64,000 bases of DNA from Kiritimatiellia bacterium (lineage in GTDB: Bacteria > Verrucomicrobiota > Kiritimatiellia > JAAZAB01), in assembly GCA_040767085.1 (NCBI GenBank), contig JAXGPF010000015.1, positions 26,796-90,795 of the forward strand, written 5' to 3'. Below the pieces are notes generated by a model. That model was not told where the DNA came from. It saw only the letters and a list, made by a program, of their open reading frames with translations, and did not search any database. This document shows, piece by piece, positions 1 to 9,780 of the stretch. Made by a program: the position numbers and the translations under genes. How positions within the stretch are numbered: the stretch's first letter is position 1; each line of letters begins with the position of its first letter.

Positions 1-403
1 TAGGCTTGCTGGCCTCCGCCCGCGGCAGGCGGATCGTCAGCACCCCCAGCTTATGCCGGGCTTTCACGCCGGCGGCTTCAACCTCGAACGGCAATCGCAG
101 ACTGCGCGTGAAATTGCCCTGGCCGCGTTCGCAGCGATGGCAGACCACGCCTTCCTGCAAATCCTCCGCCTGGCGTTTGCCCTCCAAAGTCAGGACATCC
201 TGGTTGACGTTGATGCTCAGATCCTTGGGGTCCACCCCGGGAATCTCAGCCGTCACCACCATTTCATCCTGTCCGCTCCAGACATTGACAGCCGGAAACT
301 CATCCGCTTCCGCGCCATATCCTTCAAACAACCGATTCATTTCCCGCTGTAAACGCCTGACATCGCTGAATGGATCCAATCCATACATACTGTTGAATAA
401 CAT
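1..403 (-). CDS. Hsp20/alpha-crystallin small heat shock protein (3' end outside window)
   Basis: Manual translation MLFNSMYGLDPFSDVRRLQREMNRLF...PAVNVW...VVTAEIPGVDPKDLSI...ERGQGNFTRSLRLP...GVLTIRLP; AGGAGG RBS upstream of the ATG. Confidence 0.93.
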   Translation of the reverse strand, partial: MLFNSMYGLDPFSDVRRLQREMNRLFEGYGAEADEFPAVNVWSGQDEMVVTAEIPGVDPKDLSINVNQDVLTLEGKRQAEDLQEGVVCHRCERGQGNFTRSLRLPFEVEAAGVKARHKLGVLTIRLPRAEASKP

Positions 404-463
404 TGCCTAACCCTCCTGTTAACCATCCGGGGGTTAATCCCCCGAATTTCATCATAATTTAAA

Positions 464-479
464 AGCAAATACCATGCCA
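464..479 (-). promoter_or_regulatory. sigma54 (-24/-12) promoter of hsp20
   Basis: Minus strand TGGCATGGTATTTGCT, with exact GG-N10-GC spacing. Confidence 0.8.
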
Positions 480-546
480 TGAGCGCAATATTTTTATTAT
501 ACCTTGTATTTCAATATATTATCAAAACCTCAACAAACAACTAATA

Positions 547-602
547 GCGTCATATTGGCTCTTATCAAAATATTTAAGAAAAGCAGAGTGACATTATGAC
601 GC
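547..602. promoter_or_regulatory. Putative enhancer (UAS) for an NtrC-family activator
   Basis: GCGTCATATTGGCTC (547-561) and GAGTGACATTATGACGC (586-602) form an inverted pair 70-120 bp upstream of the sigma54 site, with an AT-rich IHF-like tract between. Confidence 0.5.
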
Positions 603-621
603 TTTCCCGCCGAAATGATTA

Positions 622-879
622 CCAACGTCGCGTCATTCTCTGAAAGACGGCGCGGTGCGGCTTGCCCTGCATAGCTTCAGCGTAGCCCGCAGGGAGACCT
701 TGACCTGCCTCAGGGATCCGTATTCATGCTTCAGTAGGGCGGCCAGCTTGCCCGGCTAAGTCCGGCAAAGCCGGACTTCGCCGGGCGTAGCCTTGGCAAA
801 GCCTGGGTCCTTGGCCGCTTCTGATCCAGGACGGCGCGCAAGGCGCGTGAGCGTGCCGCCGAGAATGACGCAACCCTGG
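622..879 (+). mobile_element. MITE-like element, copy 1 (divergent)
   Basis: Imperfect TIRs CCAACGTCGCGTCATTCTC / GAGAATGACGCAACCCTGG; shares CGGCTTGCCCTGCATAGC and GTCCGGCAAAGCCGGACT with copies 2 and 3. Confidence 0.7.
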
Positions 880-927
880 CGGAATGCCGCGGGCGGAGCG
901 ATGGCGGACGGGTGGTGAAGGCAGGAA

Positions 928-1662
928 TTATCGCCGGTTGACTTTGAAATCACAGACGAGTGGCAGATGGTCGGAATAAAGGACGCGTGGGATGCTGAAA
1001 TCGGTAATGGCGATCTCAGGGCTATGCAGGATAAAATCCAGTTGCCGGCGCGGCGCCCAGCTGGGGAAGGAAGGCTGGCCGAACGGGAAAACGCTGGCCA
1101 AACCGCTGGCGGCCATGAAGAGGCGTATTTCGCGGTCGCCCCAGAAGGCGTTGAAATCCCCGGCGACGATACAGGGTTTGGACGTATGGCGCACGAGCGC
1201 ATACAAATCGCTCAACTGGAAATGCCTGGTGCGGAAGCGCAGGGAGAGATGGACGAGAAAAATCACCACCTGTTCCAACTCCAATTCGATGACCAGGCGC
1301 TTGACTCCTTTGGTGAAATAAGGGAATTTCTGGCGCTGAATGGCGGAGTTGCTCAAAAAGGCGTTCGCTTGCTGGCGCATTAACGGCACACGCTGGACCC
1401 AGGAAGCCCGGTCGTATTTGGATTGAAAAACATGGTAATGCCCCAGGGCTTCGGCCATGATCGCCGCCTGATTTAAGCGGCGCGAGCGATATGAGCCGGC
1501 ATCAACCTCGATGAGCCCGACTACATCCGGCGCCTGGCTGCGAATGAAGCGGATGATATTCTCCATGTTGCCGCCGGTGCGGCCCAGGTAACCGCTCCAG
1601 GGCAGGTGCAGAGGCCCGCCGCTGCCGGTACCGTAACGCAGGTTGTATAGCAGTAAACGCAT
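928..1662 (-). CDS. Endonuclease/exonuclease/phosphatase (EEP) family protein
   Basis: MRLLLYNLRY, PDVVGLIEVD, VHLSL, IVAGDFN, LDFI and SDHLPL motifs; start reassigned to ATG 1662. Confidence 0.88.
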   Translation of the reverse strand: MRLLLYNLRYGTGSGGPLHLPWSGYLGRTGGNMENIIRFIRSQAPDVVGLIEVDAGSYRSRRLNQAAIMAEALGHYHVFQSKYDRASWVQRVPLMRQQANAFLSNSAIQRQKFPYFTKGVKRLVIELELEQVVIFLVHLSLRFRTRHFQLSDLYALVRHTSKPCIVAGDFNAFWGDREIRLFMAASGLASVFPFGQPSFPSWAPRRQLDFILHSPEIAITDFSIPRVLYSDHLPLVCDFKVNRR

Positions 1663-1757
1663 CGCTTGACATGCGGCCCGTGAAATGCCGCGATTGTTCC
1701 GGTCCGTAATATTTCTGCCGGTGCCGGCGCTTGCGCCGCGCCAGCAGCCCGGCCGGC

Positions 1758-3035
1758 TCAGTCGCCGGCGGGGTGGCTGCCGTCGGATATCAACCCGGCC
1801 GCCGCGCCCCAAGCCGCGCCATACACGGCGGGTAGCGGCGCATGCTGCTTCTCCGCGAGGGCGCGGCAATCCTCGTATTCCGGGGCCGCCTTGATCTCCC
1901 GCCCCTGCCAGGCGCCGATCTTGACCCGCACCGGGCCATAGGGCGTGCAGACCTCGGCGGCCCGGCGCGCGAGGACGGTGCGCTGGACGCGATGTTCCCG
2001 GATGCCGAAAGTGGTGCTTTCCCGGAAGATTTCGTTCAGCATCTCCAGGCGCTGCTCCAGCCGGCACAGGACCGTCAACAAAACTCCCGGCCGCTGTTTT
2101 TTCATCTGCACCGGCGTGACAAAAACATCCAGTGCGCCCCGTTCCAGAATCCGCCCGGCCAGCGCTCCCAACAGTTCGGGTGAAGCGTCATCCAGGTTGC
2201 ACTGCAATTCCAGGCAATCTTCCGGGGCATCTTCCGTGCCGTCGCCGTCGCGTAACACGGCGCGCAACAGGTTCGGGCGCCCGCGCAGTTGCGCGTGGCC
2301 GAAACCATAGCCGGACCGGCGGATGCAGCCGGCTGGCGGCCGCGGCAGGGAACGCCACGCGGTCAGCAGCGCCGCACCGGTGGGCGTCACCAATTCGAAC
2401 GGTTCGTCCGTGGGCACGGTGGGGAAGTCCCGCAGCAGTTCCACGGTGGCTGGCGCGGGCGAAGGCAGCACTCCGTGGGCGCACTGGATCGTACCGCACC
2501 CCAGCGGCAATGGTCCGACGGCAACCGCGTCCACGCCGAGCATCTCGCGCGCCAGGCAGGCGCCGACGATATCCACGATGGAATCGACCGCGCCGACTTC
2601 GTGAAAGTGGATTTGTTCCGGCTCGACTCCATGCACCCTGGCTTCTGCCAGGGCCAGGCTTTCAAAAACGCGCAGGCTCATGGCGCGGACCGCCGGCGGC
2701 AAATCGGCGGCCGCTACGATCCGGCGGATCTCCGGGAGGCCGCGGTGCGGCGCATGGCCATGGACATGTTCATGGCCGTGATCATGTCCATGATCATGGT
2801 CGTGATCATGTCCATGATCGCGCGCGCTGGCCGCATCCGCCCCTACCCGCACGCGCACCTGGGTTCCCTGGAATCCGCCGAAGACACCGGCGACGGCGTC
2901 GATGGCGAACTCGCCGATATCCAGCGTCCGCAGACGCTGCTGCAATTCGTCCCGGCCGGCGCCCAGATCGATCAAGGCTGCCAGGATCATGTCGCCGCTG
3001 GCGCCGCCCACGCTTTGAAATTCCAGGATATTCAT
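1758..3035 (-). CDS. larC: Nickel pincer cofactor biosynthesis protein LarC (Ni insertase)
   Basis: GASGDMILAALIDLG, His-rich insert, HFHEVGAVDSIVDIVG, TPTGAA, MKKQRPG, ESTTFGIR, PEYEDC. Confidence 0.95.
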   Translation of the reverse strand: MNILEFQSVGGASGDMILAALIDLGAGRDELQQRLRTLDIGEFAIDAVAGVFGGFQGTQVRVRVGADAASARDHGHDHDHDHGHDHGHEHVHGHAPHRGLPEIRRIVAAADLPPAVRAMSLRVFESLALAEARVHGVEPEQIHFHEVGAVDSIVDIVGACLAREMLGVDAVAVGPLPLGCGTIQCAHGVLPSPAPATVELLRDFPTVPTDEPFELVTPTGAALLTAWRSLPRPPAGCIRRSGYGFGHAQLRGRPNLLRAVLRDGDGTEDAPEDCLELQCNLDDASPELLGALAGRILERGALDVFVTPVQMKKQRPGVLLTVLCRLEQRLEMLNEIFRESTTFGIREHRVQRTVLARRAAEVCTPYGPVRVKIGAWQGREIKAAPEYEDCRALAEKQHAPLPAVYGAAWGAAAGLISDGSHPAGD

Positions 3036-3775
3036 GCCGGCGTCCTGTTGATCATGCCGGCAGCCACGCCGGCGCCGAAGCCGTTGTCAATGTTCACCAC
3101 CGTCACCCCGGGCACACAGGAATTCAGCATTGCCAGCAGCGCGGCCAGCCCCTGTAGTCCCGCGCCGTAGCCGGTGCTGGCAGGCACGGCAATGACCGGG
3201 CAGGCCACCAGGCCGGCAAGCACCGAAGGCAGGGCGCCTTCCATGCCTGCCACGGCTACCAGTGCCCGGGCCCGGCGCAATTGGTCCAGCCGCCCCAACA
3301 GGCGATGCAGGCCGGCCACACCGATGTCATACGCGCGTTCCACGCGCGCGCCCATCCATTCCGCTGTCACGGCGGCTTCTTCCGCCACGGGTATATCCAC
3401 CGTGCCGGCGCAAACGACCGCCACGCAGCCGGCCGGCGCGGGCGCATCGGCAGGCGGGACGGTAATCGCGCGGGCCGCCTCATGGAAAACGGCGGACGGC
3501 AGGCGCCGGCGTGTCTCGGCGTACTGTTCGGCCGAAGCGCGAGTGGCCAGGGCCGGCTGTCCCGCGTCATGCAGGGCGCGCATGACCGCCGCGATTTGCG
3601 CGCCGGTTTTACCCGGGCAGTAAACCACTTCGGGAATGCGGCAACGGCGCCAGCGGTCCAGATCCACCTGGGCGAACCCCAGGTCCCGGGCGGCAGCGCC
3701 GGACAGTATCTGCTGCGCTTCCGCCGCAGTCAAATCCCCACGCGCCACCTGCTCCAGTAGTGTCTTCAAATCCAT
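3032..3775 (-). CDS. larB: Nickel pincer cofactor biosynthesis protein LarB (PurE-like)
   Basis: PEVVYCPGK, AGTVDIPVAEEA, DIGVAGLHRL, AGMEGALPSV, VNIDNGFGAG. Confidence 0.95.
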   Translation of the reverse strand: MDLKTLLEQVARGDLTAAEAQQILSGAAARDLGFAQVDLDRWRRCRIPEVVYCPGKTGAQIAAVMRALHDAGQPALATRASAEQYAETRRRLPSAVFHEAARAITVPPADAPAPAGCVAVVCAGTVDIPVAEEAAVTAEWMGARVERAYDIGVAGLHRLLGRLDQLRRARALVAVAGMEGALPSVLAGLVACPVIAVPASTGYGAGLQGLAALLAMLNSCVPGVTVVNIDNGFGAGVAAGMINRTPA

Positions 3776-3777
3776 GG

Positions 3778-4668
3778 TCAGGAGGCGGCCGCCACGCGTT
3801 CGGCGCGGCCGGTCTCGATGGAACGGCGGGCGGCCGCCATGATGGCCAGGCCTTCAAAGGTAGTCCGCAGCGTCACCGGCGCGGGCCCGCCGTTGAAAAA
3901 CTTTTTCATAACGCGCATGATTGCCTGCTTGTTCACACTGGTATCGCAGACAAATTGATGCACCCTGCTTTCGCCCTTGAATCCGCCCTGAACGCGGCCG
4001 CCGTAGCTGCCGCATTTTTTCACGATCTCCAGCAAGCCCTGGCGTTCCTGGCCGTAATCCACCGCCGCCACGATCCCGTTGGCCGTTTCCATGGCCTGGA
4101 CGGACTGCGGGCCGGGCCCCATCAAACTCTGCAGGGCTTCGACCACGTGCACGCCATACCAGATCAGCGAATCGCCGGCCGGGGCAATTCCCAGCGGCCC
4201 GAAGAGATGGGCCAGGCGGACCTCCGGAACGGCCGCGCGGGCGCGCACGATGTCCGGCAGGAACGGGATGGACGAGCCGGACCAGACGCGCGTGCGGTGT
4301 TTTTGCGCCAGGCGCAAAATGGCGCGGCCGTCCGCCAGGCTGCAGGCCAGGGGTTTATCCAGGAAAACCGGCTTGCCCAGTCCCGCCACCTTGCGAAAAT
4401 ATTCCAGGTGATAACTGCCGTCGTTGATTTCCAGCATGATGGCGTCGCAGCCAGCCAGGGCCTCGTCCAGGTTTTCGGTAACCTTGACGCCCAAAGCCGT
4501 CAACTGCGCCCGGCGGGTTTCCATTGTCTGCCGGTTGGTGAATGGCGTCGGGAAACTCAGGCAGGAAACCGCGCGCATGCCCGTCAGCGCGCGGTCCGGC
4601 CCTTGCAGGACGGAGGGATAAGCTACGCTGTGGCTGGTGTCGATCCCGATAATAGCGATCTTGATCAT
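3778..4668 (-). CDS. Gfo/Idh/MocA family oxidoreductase
   Basis: IAIIGIDTSH Rossmann start, KPVFLDKPLA, WYGVH. Confidence 0.85.
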   Translation of the reverse strand: MIKIAIIGIDTSHSVAYPSVLQGPDRALTGMRAVSCLSFPTPFTNRQTMETRRAQLTALGVKVTENLDEALAGCDAIMLEINDGSYHLEYFRKVAGLGKPVFLDKPLACSLADGRAILRLAQKHRTRVWSGSSIPFLPDIVRARAAVPEVRLAHLFGPLGIAPAGDSLIWYGVHVVEALQSLMGPGPQSVQAMETANGIVAAVDYGQERQGLLEIVKKCGSYGGRVQGGFKGESRVHQFVCDTSVNKQAIMRVMKKFFNGGPAPVTLRTTFEGLAIMAAARRSIETGRAERVAAAS

Positions 4669-4699
4669 CTTGCTTTCCTTTGCGTTTGCGGCGGTTATT

Positions 4700-6157
4700 T
4701 TATTGATTAAAAACAGCGGCGCCGGCCATGCCGGCGGCCAGCCGCGCTGGTAATTCGGCGATTGGCAAGCGGATTTGGCGCATGGTATCGCGGTCGCGCA
4801 GAGTGACGGTGTTGTCCGCCAGCGTATCGAAATCCACCGTCACGCCGTAAGGTGTGCCGATTTCATCCTGGCGGCGGTAGCGGCGGCCGATGGCGCCGGT
4901 CTGATCCCAGAAACAAGGCCAGGAGCCGCGCAGCATTTCAAACACCTCGCGGGCCTTGCCGACCAGTTCCGGCTTGTTCTTGACGAGCGGAAATACGGCC
5001 GCCTTGATCGGGGCCAGCACCGGGGCAAAACGCATGACCGTCCGCAATTCATGGCCGGCGGGCGGCGGCTGCCCGTGCGTGGCCGGACGCGGTTCGCCCG
5101 CGCCGCCGGCGGGAACCCACTCCTCGGCGTAGGCTTCGCACAGCGCCGCCAAGGCGATGCGATCAACGCCGGCGGACGGCTCCACCACGTGGGGAATGTA
5201 TTTTTCCTTGGTTTCCTGGTCGAAATACTCCATGGACTTGCCGCTGTATTCCTGGTGCCGGCGGAGATCGTAGTCGCCGCGCGCAGCAATGCCTTCCAAT
5301 TCCTGCACCCCAAACGGGAAGGCGTACATGATATCCACGCAGGCGCTGGCATAGTGGGCCAGTTCGCCGGGGGGGTACACATACTGGCGCAGGCGGCCCG
5401 CCGGCAGCCCGATGCGCTGGTACCACTCCATGCGCCGGGCAACCCAGTATGCGTGCCATTCCTGATCCGTGCCGGGCTTGATGAAATATTCCAGTTCCAT
5501 CTGCTCGAATTCGCGCGAACGGAAGGTGAAATTACGCGGGTTGATTTCGTTGCGGAACGCCTTGCCGACCTGGGCGATGCCGAAGGGCACCTTCTGACGC
5601 GATACCGCCAGCACATTCTGGAATTGGACGAAGATTCCCTGGGCCGTTTCCGGGCGCAGGTAAGTTGCCGATGAAGCCTCCTCCACCGGCCCGATGAACG
5701 TCTTGAACATCAGGTTAAAGGCGCGCGGCTGGGTCAACTCCGCGGATTTGCAGGCCGGACACCGCATGCCTGGCGGCAGGGCGAAACCGCCTTCGGTTTT
5801 GACCAGTTGCGCGCCCTGTTCCTCGCAGAGCATGTCCGCGCGGAAGCGTTTACGGCAGGCGCGGCAATCCACCATCGGATCCACGAAGCCGGCGGTATGG
5901 CCCGAAGCTTCCCAGACCCGGGGATTCATGATGATGGCGCAATCCAGCCCGACCACGTCCTCGCGCGTCTGGACGATGTCGCGCCACCAGGCTTCGCGGA
6001 TGTTCCGTTTCAGTTCGCAGCCCAGCGGTCCGTAATCCCAGAAACCGTTAAGCCCCTCGTAGATTTCCGACCCCTGGAAGATGAATCCGCGCCGCTTGCA
6101 CAGCGATACCAGCGCGTCCATCGCCACCCGGGGTTGCTCTTCAGGATTTGCATTCAT
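4700..6157 (-). CDS. glyQS: Glycine--tRNA ligase (alpha2 type)
   Basis: LCKRRGF, YLRPETAQG, FRNEINPRNFTFRSREFEQME, IGRRYRRQDEIGTP. Confidence 0.97.
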   Translation of the reverse strand: MNANPEEQPRVAMDALVSLCKRRGFIFQGSEIYEGLNGFWDYGPLGCELKRNIREAWWRDIVQTREDVVGLDCAIIMNPRVWEASGHTAGFVDPMVDCRACRKRFRADMLCEEQGAQLVKTEGGFALPPGMRCPACKSAELTQPRAFNLMFKTFIGPVEEASSATYLRPETAQGIFVQFQNVLAVSRQKVPFGIAQVGKAFRNEINPRNFTFRSREFEQMELEYFIKPGTDQEWHAYWVARRMEWYQRIGLPAGRLRQYVYPPGELAHYASACVDIMYAFPFGVQELEGIAARGDYDLRRHQEYSGKSMEYFDQETKEKYIPHVVEPSAGVDRIALAALCEAYAEEWVPAGGAGEPRPATHGQPPPAGHELRTVMRFAPVLAPIKAAVFPLVKNKPELVGKAREVFEMLRGSWPCFWDQTGAIGRRYRRQDEIGTPYGVTVDFDTLADNTVTLRDRDTMRQIRLPIAELPARLAAGMAGAAVFNQ

Positions 6158-6333
6158 AGCCTGCCATCGTGCCTTTTCCAGCGGGCGCGGTCAAGCAAAA
6201 ACCAGCCGTCAATCCTGAAAACTCCAGCCGCGGATCGTCCGCCATGATGCGGCGCAGCGCCTGCTCGATATCCCGCAGCAGGATCATCCTGTCCCGGCGG
6301 TCCACGCCCAGCCGCCCTGCCGCCAGCGCCGCT

Positions 6334-7299
6334 TCATCGCGGTTCCCAGCGCCGGAACAGGCAGAGGGCGCCGCATAACAGGGCGGCAATGTACAAACCG
6401 GCGTACACCGCCACCGCCGCGCAATATGCCAGGGAAATGCCGCCGCCGCCCGCCAGAGCTTCCACCACCCAGAAATCCTGCCAGGCGGGCAACAGGCTCA
6501 GCAGCGCCCTCAGGCCGGACCCGACCGGGGCGCGCTGCGCCAGGTAATCCACCAGGGCTCCGGCGGCCAGCATGCCCAGGTACGCCACGGCGGCCAGGTG
6601 CAGCGGCCAGCGCACGGTCAAAAGCACCGTCAGGGCCGTCATGACCAGCAAGGCCAGCGTAATCAAGCCGCCCGCCGGCAGCAGCCGCCAGTTCAGGAAA
6701 ACGCCAAACCGGCACCAACCACCGCCGGGATGAATGCACGCGGCCACGGCCAGCGCCAGCAGCATGGCGGGCAACAACGCCGCCAGGGCCGCGCCGGGGA
6801 AGGAAGCCCGGCCGCGGAAATTCAGCCAGGCGGCGCACACGGCCGCTGCCGCCGCGGCGGCGGCGACGGCCAGCAGGATGGCGGCGTCAAATCGCGGGGC
6901 CGGCAGCGCGATGCGGTCGGCCAGCAAGACGCCCGCCATGGCAATCAGGCTGTGCCAGAGGATCAACGCCGCCAACCCGGCGTAACGCCCCAGCAGCAGC
7001 ACCGTCCGGCCGGCCGGGGTGCAGATATTCAGGGCCAGCACGCCCGCGGAAGCCGGCTCGTAAGCGGCCGCGGCGGGGACGGCCAGGGCCAGGAACATGC
7101 CGCTGACGGCAAACAGCGCCAGGGCGCCATCGCGCGCCAGGCGGTTTTCATCCCCCAAGTTGAACGCCACGAGGGATGGCAGCAGCAGCATCAGGCCGAG
7201 CGTGATGGCCACCAGCAGCAGGCTTAATGGCCGGCGGGCAGCCACCTTGACGGCATAAAGCGCCGCGCCCGAAAATTGACGTAAAAATCCGCCGATCAT
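6334..7299 (-). CDS. ABC-transporter permease-like membrane protein
   Basis: Many TM segments; PAGRTVLLLGRYAG resembles the ABC-2 permease loop; start reassigned to ATG 7299, which overlaps the upstream stop. Confidence 0.6.
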   Translation of the reverse strand: MIGGFLRQFSGAALYAVKVAARRPLSLLLVAITLGLMLLLPSLVAFNLGDENRLARDGALALFAVSGMFLALAVPAAAAYEPASAGVLALNICTPAGRTVLLLGRYAGLAALILWHSLIAMAGVLLADRIALPAPRFDAAILLAVAAAAAAAAVCAAWLNFRGRASFPGAALAALLPAMLLALAVAACIHPGGGWCRFGVFLNWRLLPAGGLITLALLVMTALTVLLTVRWPLHLAAVAYLGMLAAGALVDYLAQRAPVGSGLRALLSLLPAWQDFWVVEALAGGGGISLAYCAAVAVYAGLYIAALLCGALCLFRRWEPR

Positions 7300-8018
7300 G
7301 CATTCTCCTCCGCGGGGGGCGACTGCGCGGCGGCGGGGGCGGGTTCGGCCAGCCGGGCCAGAGCGCAGGCGCGGCCATAGCGGCAAAACAACACGGTGCC
7401 CAGCGCCGCCGCCGTGACGCCCCAGGCGCCCCAGGTCCGATTGACCGCCAGCATGCCCGCCGCCGCGCCGGACGCCACGTCCCCGCCGGCGGCTTGCGCC
7501 AACAGTCCCAGCAGCACCGCGCCGTAGATCAGGATCGCGCCGGATTGCGCCGCCGCCCAGCGGCTGGCGGCGCAAGCGCCCAGCCGCTGCAGCAATTGGG
7601 CGGACATCAGATTCAGCAGCAGCATGCCCATCAGCAGCGCCACCGTCAAGGCGTTGTAATTGCCGATGAGAAACGGTTCCAGCGGCCGCGCCCGGTGCCA
7701 GACCGCGAACGGCGCCATGTACAATTGCGCCGCCAGCATCAATCCCGCCGCGCGGGCCGGGCGCAAGTCGCCGCCTGACAATTCCAGGTATTCATAGAGG
7801 CATAAAACCCCCCAACCCGTCAGCAGCGATCCCAGGACATATGCCGGCGCCCGGAGGTCAATTGCATCGCATGACAAAAACGCGCGCGCGCCGTGCAACG
7901 CCGCGGTCGCCAGCACGCCCCAGCCCACCGCGGTAAATCCCCGCGCCAGCAGGCAAAGCGGCGCCACCGTGCCGCCCGGCTGCAATTGTCCGGCATCCGC
8001 GGCCATGTCATCCGTCAT
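7296..8018 (-). CDS. Hypothetical integral membrane protein
   Basis: 240 aa hydrophobic ORF, tightly packed in the operon. Confidence 0.6.
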   Translation of the reverse strand: MTDDMAADAGQLQPGGTVAPLCLLARGFTAVGWGVLATAALHGARAFLSCDAIDLRAPAYVLGSLLTGWGVLCLYEYLELSGGDLRPARAAGLMLAAQLYMAPFAVWHRARPLEPFLIGNYNALTVALLMGMLLLNLMSAQLLQRLGACAASRWAAAQSGAILIYGAVLLGLLAQAAGGDVASGAAAGMLAVNRTWGAWGVTAAALGTVLFCRYGRACALARLAEPAPAAAQSPPAEENA

Positions 8019-8043
8019 TATCCGACTCCCAACTACGCCAGGT

Positions 8044-8778
8044 TTAACTCGTTATCAAGCGCAACGCCGCCGCCAGCGCCAATGCCAGCACCATGCGCCG
8101 GAAGAACACCGGGGAAAGGCGCTTTAAAATTTCCCTCCCCAACAGCGCGCCCGCGGCTACCGCCGGCGCGCAGGCCAGGTCCAGCAGCAGGGTGCCACGA
8201 TCGATCATGCCCAGGTGGCAATATAATGGAACTTTAATGCAGTTGAAAATAAAAAAATACCAGGCTGCGGTGCCCATGAAGCGCAGTTTGTCGAATCCGC
8301 GGCTGAGCAGGTAAATATTCATGATCGGCCCGGCGACATTGCCGACGGTGGTGGCGAACCCGGCCAGGGAACCCATCCCCACGGTAAACCAGGGCCGCCG
8401 CGGAAAATTGCTCCAGCCCAACCGCTGGCGGCCCCACTCCAACAGGGTCAAGGCCAGGACCAGCGCCCCGAGCATGAACTTCAATTGCACGTCATTGACC
8501 GTCCGCAGGAACCAGAAGCCCGCGGCGATGCCCAGAAGGACGCAGGGAAACAGCGCCCACAGCCGCACCCAATCCGCATTCCGCCGGTAATATCCGAGGG
8601 CGAACAAATCGCCCATGATCAGCAGCGGCAGCAAGGCGCCCACCGCCATCCGCGCCGGCAGGATTTCCGCCAGCAGCGCCATGGCCAGCACGCCCACGCC
8701 CGGCACGCCGGTCTTCGCCAGCCCCGCCAGCAATCCCGCCGCCAATCCCACCAGCCACGGCCCGATTCCCTCCGGCAT
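8044..8778 (-). CDS. TauE/SafE sulfite-exporter family protein
   Basis: GLAKTGVPG, LLPLLIMGD, GNVAGPIMNIYLL; about 8 TM segments. Confidence 0.88.
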   Translation of the reverse strand: MPEGIGPWLVGLAAGLLAGLAKTGVPGVGVLAMALLAEILPARMAVGALLPLLIMGDLFALGYYRRNADWVRLWALFPCVLLGIAAGFWFLRTVNDVQLKFMLGALVLALTLLEWGRQRLGWSNFPRRPWFTVGMGSLAGFATTVGNVAGPIMNIYLLSRGFDKLRFMGTAAWYFFIFNCIKVPLYCHLGMIDRGTLLLDLACAPAVAAGALLGREILKRLSPVFFRRMVLALALAAALRLITS

Positions 8779-9780
8779 TTACCACCCCCGGTTTTGCGTC
8801 AGCCAGTAAAAGGCCGGCACGGTCGCCATGCTTAAAACGGTTGACCAGAAAATGGCCCGTGCGCTCAGCAGGTTGTCACCGTTAAAACGTTCGGACATGA
8901 TGCTGGCGCTGATCGCCACCGGCATGGCGGCGATCAGGTAATAAATCTGGCGCGTGGCGTCCGGCACAGAAAACCCCGCCCATGCCAGAATCCAGACGGC
9001 CGCCACGGCCAGGCAGGGGCCGCCGATCAAGCGCGCCGCGAGCACCGCCGCCAGTTCCCCGGGCGGCGGCCGCGCGCCGGCGGCGGTCAGCGCGCCCAGT
9101 TGCGCGCCGGTGATGAGCAAGGACAGGGGAATGGTCAGACTGCCCAGCATGCTCATGGCCTGCACCGCCGCCGCGGCCGCAAACGGCCCCGGGGTCATGG
9201 CCGCGGCGGCGGACGTTTCCAGGGCGCGCGCCGCGGGCCAGATCAGGGCCAGGAGAATGCCCGCCGCCGTGGCCAGCAAGCCGGGATTCCTGAAAAGATT
9301 TTTCACGGCCGCCAGGCTGGGCGCCGCGCCCTGCAGGGTCCAAACGCCAAGGGACCACAGGGCCAACTGCGCGCCGACGTTGAACAGCAGGACGTCCCGC
9401 ACGCCGGCATCGCCGAAAAGGGCTTCGGCGATCGGCAGCGGCAGAAAGATCCAGTTGGGCAAACCGGCCAGGAACACCGCCGTCGGCAGGCGCGGCCGCG
9501 GGCAGAACCACGGCAGCACGGCCCATCCCGCCAGGATCGAGGTCAAGATCACCCCGCCGCCCAGCAGCGGGACGAACCATCCCTGGCGCAAAACGCCGGG
9601 ATCCACCGTGCGCAGCATCTGGGTCAGCACGAGGCATGGAAAAACCAGGTCCACTACCAGGCGGCTCAGGATGCGCACGGCGGCGGCGTTGATGTAAGCC
9701 CGGCGGCGCGCCCACCAGCCGACGGCCATGACCAGGAACATGGCCATTATTTTCAGCAGCACCACGCGGAATTCAGGCAT
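8779..9780 (-). CDS. AEC (auxin efflux carrier) family transporter
   Basis: VFPCLV, PNWIFLPLPI, NPGLLA, PLSLLITG, AMPVA motifs. Confidence 0.88.
   Translation of the reverse strand: MPEFRVVLLKIMAMFLVMAVGWWARRRAYINAAAVRILSRLVVDLVFPCLVLTQMLRTVDPGVLRQGWFVPLLGGGVILTSILAGWAVLPWFCPRPRLPTAVFLAGLPNWIFLPLPIAEALFGDAGVRDVLLFNVGAQLALWSLGVWTLQGAAPSLAAVKNLFRNPGLLATAAGILLALIWPAARALETSAAAAMTPGPFAAAAAVQAMSMLGSLTIPLSLLITGAQLGALTAAGARPPPGELAAVLAARLIGGPCLAVAAVWILAWAGFSVPDATRQIYYLIAAMPVAISASIMSERFNGDNLLSARAIFWSTVLSMATVPAFYWLTQNRGW

Noticed and set aside
6-410. Plus-strand ORFs 6-410 and 53-352
   Set aside because: Antisense shadows of hsp20
2755-2820. Tandem CATGAT-type repeats as a separate element
   Set aside because: They encode the expected His-rich segment of LarC
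6141-6337. Small ORFs or a T-box leader upstream of glyQS
   Set aside because: No recognisable protein, T-box motif or terminator/antiterminator
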